From Pseudomonadota bacterium (lineage in GTDB: Bacteria > Bdellovibrionota_B > Oligoflexia > Oligoflexales > CAIYRB01), in NCBI GenBank assembly GCA_031416315.1, contig JANOTL010000041.1:1-29547 (forward strand): 29,547 bases of DNA. The letters are read 5' to 3'. Each line of letters starts with the position of its first letter. The first letter of the stretch is position 1. Position numbers and translations under genes: made by a program. The notes below the pieces were generated by a model, which ran no database searches, had not been told where the DNA came from, and saw only the letters and a list, made by a program, of their open reading frames with translations. Of the stretch, positions 25,746 to 29,547 are shown one piece after another.

Positions 25746-26507
25746 ATGTCCAACCTTTCCCAAAACGATCCGATGGCGTTGACCGCCACCCTACCCAACG
25801 TCGCGGAAGACCCGCGGCCGCTGGGAGGCCTCGCGCCCGAGACCGCGGACGAGCGCCGGCTCGTTTTCAACCTGGCGCGCGAGATCGAGGTCGTCGAAAG
25901 ACGCTCGCTCGCTTTCCCGTTGAAGCGCTCGCTCGACGTCCTGCTCGCCGGCGGCGCCATGCTCGCCTTGGCTCCCATGCTGATCATTGCGGCCCTGGCC
26001 GTGCGCTTCTCGAGCAAAGGCCCGATCCTCTTCGCGCAGACGCGCGTCGGTCGCGGCGGCCGCCTCTTCCGCTTTTACAAGTTTCGCAGCATGGTCGTGA
26101 ACGCCGAGGATCTGAAAGCCGAGCTGGCAGCGCAGAACGAGCACTCCGGCCCGATCTTTAAAATGCAGCGCGACCCACGCATCACCGGCGTCGGCCGTTT
26201 CCTGCGCAAGTACTCCGTCGACGAGCTGCCCCAGCTCCTCAACGTGATCCGCGGCGACATGAGCATCGTCGGGCCGCGCCCGCCAGTGCCCTCGGAGGTC
26301 GTGAAATACGAATACTGGCAGCTGCGTCGCCTCAGCGTCACGCCCGGCCTGACCTGCATCTGGCAAACCTCGGGACGCAGCCGCGTCAGCTTCGAGGAAT
26401 GGATGCGCATGGACCTCGAGTACATCGACACGTGGAGCCTCGGGCTCGACGCGAAGCTCGTCTTGAAAACGTTCCGCACCGTCATGTTAGCGGACGGCGC
26501 GTACTGA
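25746..26507 (+). CDS. Priming polyprenyl-phosphate sugar phosphotransferase (Bac_transf)
   Basis: LKRSLDVL plus one hydrophobic segment, GPILFAQTRVG, YKFRSM, DPRITGVGRFLRKYSVDELPQLLNVIRGDMSIVGPRP, PGLTCIWQ. Start uncertain (25731-25773). Confidence 0.95.
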   Translation: MSNLSQNDPMALTATLPNVAEDPRPLGGLAPETADERRLVFNLAREIEVVERRSLAFPLKRSLDVLLAGGAMLALAPMLIIAALAVRFSSKGPILFAQTRVGRGGRLFRFYKFRSMVVNAEDLKAELAAQNEHSGPIFKMQRDPRITGVGRFLRKYSVDELPQLLNVIRGDMSIVGPRPPVPSEVVKYEYWQLRRLSVTPGLTCIWQTSGRSRVSFEEWMRMDLEYIDTWSLGLDAKLVLKTFRTVMLADGAY

Positions 26508-26519
26508 TTACGGACGGTA

Positions 26520-26834
26520 TCAGGTTGCCAGCGGCATGACCCGTTCGCGCAACAGCTCGAAGTCGAACAGCCGCGCGGCAACGAGCTCGTCCCACGCGCT
26601 CGCGAAGAAGGCGTGCGCCGTGTCGTCGAGCCGCGCCTCCGGCGTATCGGGAAGGCAGTGCACGCCGACGCGCGCCAGGGCCTCGCGCTTTTGCGCCGGA
26701 GTGCGGCGGCTCCAGCCCGCGTGGAACTCGCGCGCGACGCCACGGTAGCGCGCACGGCGCAGACGCCGTTGCCCGAGCGCCAGCGCCAAAGGCGCTGCGA
26801 CGAAAAGCGTCAGCATCGAGACCGCGAGCGACAT
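26520..26834 (-). CDS. Small single-pass membrane protein of unknown function
   Basis: 104 aa, strongly G/C at third codon positions, N-terminal hydrophobic helix followed by an Arg cluster. Confidence 0.7.
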   Translation of the reverse strand: MSLAVSMLTLFVAAPLALALGQRRLRRARYRGVAREFHAGWSRRTPAQKREALARVGVHCLPDTPEARLDDTAHAFFASAWDELVAARLFDFELLRERVMPLAT

Positions 26835-26875
26835 GCCGTAAAGGACCTGTGAAGGAGGTGTTGCCCGGAATTCAT

Positions 26876-26891
26876 AGCAATCGCGGCGCCA
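26876..26891 (-). promoter_or_regulatory. Putative sigma54 promoter
   Basis: Minus strand TGGCGCCGCGATTGCT (GG-N10-GC), with an AT-rich tract upstream (26896-26927). Confidence 0.65.
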
Positions 26892-26930
26892 GACCCCAAT
26901 CGAAAACGCATTTGCTTATTATTTAAGCAG

Positions 26931-28565
26931 TCATTCGGGTTGCCACGAGGCGGCAAGGCTTACCCCGTTCGGTTGCTCTCGCGACGTGACCGCCGTCTCC
27001 AAGTCGGGGCGAAACCAGTCGCCGAGGAGCGCGAGCCGCCATCCAGCGGCGAGCGGGGCGGCGAAACCGAGATGCGCGGCGATCTCGTTGGCACGCTTTT
27101 CCTGGGATCCAGAATCACGCAGCGTCACGAGCAACAGAGAATAGTCGGCAACGACCGAGACTTCGAGTCCACCAGCAAACATCGCCGCCCACTCGACGCC
27201 GACGCCCGTCGCGCGCGTCCGCGCGTCGGCGTGGTAGTGCGGGCTCGGACGCGGGTGACGCTCGAAGCCGATCGGCAAGCGGAGCTCGACGCGCGAGCCG
27301 CCGTCCTCGCCCGCGACGAGCGGGATCCGGCCGAGGAGGCGATGGCGCTCGTAAGGGGCGAGGCCGGTCTCCTTCGCCATGACGAGCTCGAGCTCGACAT
27401 AGCGCCCGTAGCCGGCGCCGGCCCGGAGCTCGTCGCGGAGCAGACCGAGGTCCGCTTCGGCGAGGGGAAGCGCGAGAGCCAGAGGCGAGCGCGAGGCGCC
27501 GATCCTTGCGCCCAATCCTTGGGGCTGGCCGACGCGGACCTGCGTTGCGTAAAGCGGCTTCTCCGGCGCAGTGGAGACGTAGCCGACGTCTCCGTCGAGA
27601 AAGAGGCGCTCGTCGAAAAAGTCGTGATGAGCGCCGAGACGCGCCTCGCTCACGCGCGTCTCGTAGCGGCCGAGGCTCTCGCCGCGCAGATCGTGGGCGG
27701 CGATCTTGCCGTCGACGATGCCGGTGTAGGTCGCGGCGTAGCTGCGGCGACGGCCCGTCTCGCGCCAATTGTGCAGGGAGCCCGTCAGCGAGACCCCGGG
27801 CCCACCGAACCGCCGCGGCCAGAGTTCCCCCGCAGCGGCAAACGAGGACGTGCGCCGCACGCTGCCGACAGCGACGTCCGTGCTGCCGCCGAGCGCTTTG
27901 CCGCCGCCGAGCTTGGCGACGAGCGCGCGGCCGCGTTGCGCGGTCTGGCGCAGCTCGTCCGGAGCCGAGTTGGTGATCTGGCCGAGCTTGCCATCGGCTT
28001 CGACGAGACGCCCCTCCCAGATGAAGGAGTAAAGGTATTCACCTTCGACGGCGGCGTCGTCCGGCGCGATGCGGAGATAATCGAGGTACGCAGCGCGACC
28101 GCGCTCGAACGCGCCGTGACGCACGAGCGCGCGCGCGAGGACGAGCTGCGGCTCCGGCACGGTGGCGAAGCCGGGCTCACGGCGATCGACACGCTGCTCG
28201 AGGTCCCTGGCGTCGCCGGCGCGCGCCTTCGCCAATGCTTTGTCGCGATCCGACTTCGCGCCGCGTGCCGCGTCCTTCCACTGCTCGGAGTCGAGGCGCA
28301 GCGCACGCGCGGGGTCGCCGGTGCCGGCGAGGACGAAGGCGAGCCACTGCACGGCCTCGTCCTTCAGCGCCGGGCAAGCGAGGAGCGCCTCGCCCTTCGC
28401 GACGGCGGCGGCGTCGCGGACCTGGGCGGCCGCGAGGAAGGCCTGGCGCGAGGCGGCGTCGCAGCTCGCGGCGAAGGCCGGGCGGGCGGCGCCAAGGCTG
28501 AAGCCTAGGGTTGCGAGCATGGCGGTCGCCCGGAGGCTGGAAAGGATGAAGGAGTGGGACCGCAT
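26931..28565 (-). CDS. Secreted TPR-like plus probable C-terminal beta-barrel outer-membrane protein
   Basis: Signal peptide (...RPAFA|AS). Helical repeats (LARALVRHGAFERGRAAYLDYLRIAPDD, IWEGRLVEA). C-terminal ~290 aa of alternating beta-strands ending GVSLAASWQPE. Confidence 0.7.
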   Translation of the reverse strand: MRSHSFILSSLRATAMLATLGFSLGAARPAFAASCDAASRQAFLAAAQVRDAAAVAKGEALLACPALKDEAVQWLAFVLAGTGDPARALRLDSEQWKDAARGAKSDRDKALAKARAGDARDLEQRVDRREPGFATVPEPQLVLARALVRHGAFERGRAAYLDYLRIAPDDAAVEGEYLYSFIWEGRLVEADGKLGQITNSAPDELRQTAQRGRALVAKLGGGKALGGSTDVAVGSVRRTSSFAAAGELWPRRFGGPGVSLTGSLHNWRETGRRRSYAATYTGIVDGKIAAHDLRGESLGRYETRVSEARLGAHHDFFDERLFLDGDVGYVSTAPEKPLYATQVRVGQPQGLGARIGASRSPLALALPLAEADLGLLRDELRAGAGYGRYVELELVMAKETGLAPYERHRLLGRIPLVAGEDGGSRVELRLPIGFERHPRPSPHYHADARTRATGVGVEWAAMFAGGLEVSVVADYSLLLVTLRDSGSQEKRANEIAAHLGFAAPLAAGWRLALLGDWFRPDLETAVTSREQPNGVSLAASWQPE

Positions 28566-28613
28566 GTTTCCTACCGAAAGTGATCTATGACAGTGGACCT
28601 GGATTTCCTATAA

Positions 28614-28635
28614 TATCAGTAATTTCAATAACTTG
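28614..28635. promoter_or_regulatory. Two overlapping IHF-like sites in an AT-rich tract
   Basis: TATCAGTAATTTC and TTTCAATAACTTG, each with one mismatch to WATCARNNNNTTR. Confidence 0.4.
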
Positions 28636-28796
28636 ATCATGATTCTGTCGAGCGTCTGGCAGAGCCGCAGGCTTGCCCAAGCAACTGCCGAACCTCCTGG
28701 CGATTTACGGCGCAGGCACGAGGTCCAGGTCCAGCGACGTAGATCAGTATGCTTCGGCCGGCTGCTAGTTACAGTACTTCGGGGGGCTTACGCGGT

Positions 28797-29547
28797 CTAC
28801 TCCGGGATCGGCGCCCGCCCGCGGCGCGTCCGGAGCTCCTTGAGGACGATCCAGGCGAAGGCGAGATCCCTGGCGTATCGCGGCGCCAGCCGTCGCGGCT
28901 CTTGCGCGAGGCGGTAGAGCCACTCGAGCCCGAGGCGCTGCATGAGCGGAGGCGCGCGGCGCACGGTGCCGGCGATGAAGGCGATGGTGATGCCGATGCC
29001 GAGGAGAAGCCCGCAGCGAAGCTCGGCGCGCCAGGCGGCAATCCATCGTTCTTGTTTAGGGCTGCCGACGCCGACGAAGACGATCGCAGCGCCCGAGGCG
29101 TTGATCGCTTGGACGATGCGTCGGCTCTCCGCCTCGTCCCTTTCGAAGCCGAAAGGCGGGCAGTAGAGGCCAGAGATCACGAGCGTGGGGTGACGCTCCT
29201 TCAAGGCGGCGGCGGCCTTCTCCGCCTCGCCCGGCATGCCGCCCATGAGAAAGATCGAGAGCCCGCAACCTCCGGCCGCGGCGCACAGCGCGGGCATGAG
29301 GTCGGAGCCCGAGATTTTCTCGACGCCGCGCTCGCGCAGGAGCCGCGCCGCCCAGACGACCGGCTGGCCGTCGGCGAGCGACAGGTCGGCGCGCTGCGCG
29401 ATGGCGACGTAGCTCGCGTCCTTCTCCGCGCGGACGATGTGGTCGACGTTGGGCGTGACGACGTAAGCGGCGTTGCGGGCCGGCGCCCGCCCGGGGCGGC
29501 GCGGGGCAGCCGCCGCCCAGCTCGACCGCGCGGCGGGGGGGGTGGGG
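28797..29547 (-). CDS. WecB/TagA/CpsF family glycosyltransferase (5' truncated)
   Basis: Frame is open to the window end: YVVTPNVDH, LADGQPVVWA, ISGSDLMP, PPFGFE, FVGVGSPKQERW, RAPPLMQRLGLEWLYRLAQEPRRL. Confidence 0.93.
   Translation of the reverse strand, partial: PTPPAARSSWAAAAPRRPGRAPARNAAYVVTPNVDHIVRAEKDASYVAIAQRADLSLADGQPVVWAARLLRERGVEKISGSDLMPALCAAAGGCGLSIFLMGGMPGEAEKAAAALKERHPTLVISGLYCPPFGFERDEAESRRIVQAINASGAAIVFVGVGSPKQERWIAAWRAELRCGLLLGIGITIAFIAGTVRRAPPLMQRLGLEWLYRLAQEPRRLAPRYARDLAFAWIVLKELRTRRGRAPIPE

Noticed and set aside
250..28508. Many long overlapping ORFs (e.g. 250-1593+, 1955-3244+, 8011-9417-, 16481-18001+, 18782-20818+, 22178-24649-, 26940-28508+)
   Set aside because: Antisense or alternate-frame shadows of well-supported genes, expected in high-GC DNA; Arg/Ala/Gly-rich with no recognisable motifs.
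29470..29547. Odd Pro/Arg/Ala N-terminus of WecB/TagA suggesting a frameshift or pseudogene
   Set aside because: Low-complexity G/C runs at the window edge could be poor contig-end sequence; this cannot be judged without reads.
1..29547. CRISPR arrays, tRNA/rRNA, IS, integrase, prophage, reverse transcriptase
   Set aside because: No periodic repeats, cloverleafs or relevant motifs seen; all intergenic gaps are under about 335 bp.

Overview
A gene-dense, high-GC bacterial chromosomal window with about 26 CDS. I see no rRNA, tRNA, CRISPR array, IS or prophage. Gene content suggests a motile diderm of the Bdellovibrionota/Oligoflexia or former-Deltaproteobacteria type (inference only). Gene order: partial CDS; secreted GH13 alpha-amylase plus class I fructose-bisphosphate aldolase; orphan type IVa pilin; Gln-dependent NadE; ComM/YifB ATPase; ArgS plus DUF1499; secreted vWA-like protein; two-gene operon of degenerate receiver proteins (pseudoREC-TPR and a probable [pseudoREC-PilZ-like]x2); OM beta-barrel; ferritin-like protein; TerC; family-3 solute-binding protein; NYN nuclease with a long RGG-rich tail, FliT-like protein and orphan FliD; Lnb/DUF4105 plus TPR; TAXI-TRAP transporter; edge of a polysaccharide locus (priming sugar transferase, small membrane protein, TPR/beta-barrel, WecB/TagA). 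Best candidates for undescribed biology: the pseudo-receiver operon behind a near-consensus FliA (sigma28) promoter, the fliD-fliT-like-NYN cluster, the TPR/beta-barrel among lipid-linked polysaccharide genes, and a sigma54 promoter overlapping an SD-sequestering hairpin. All domain calls are motif recognition by eye, not database searches.
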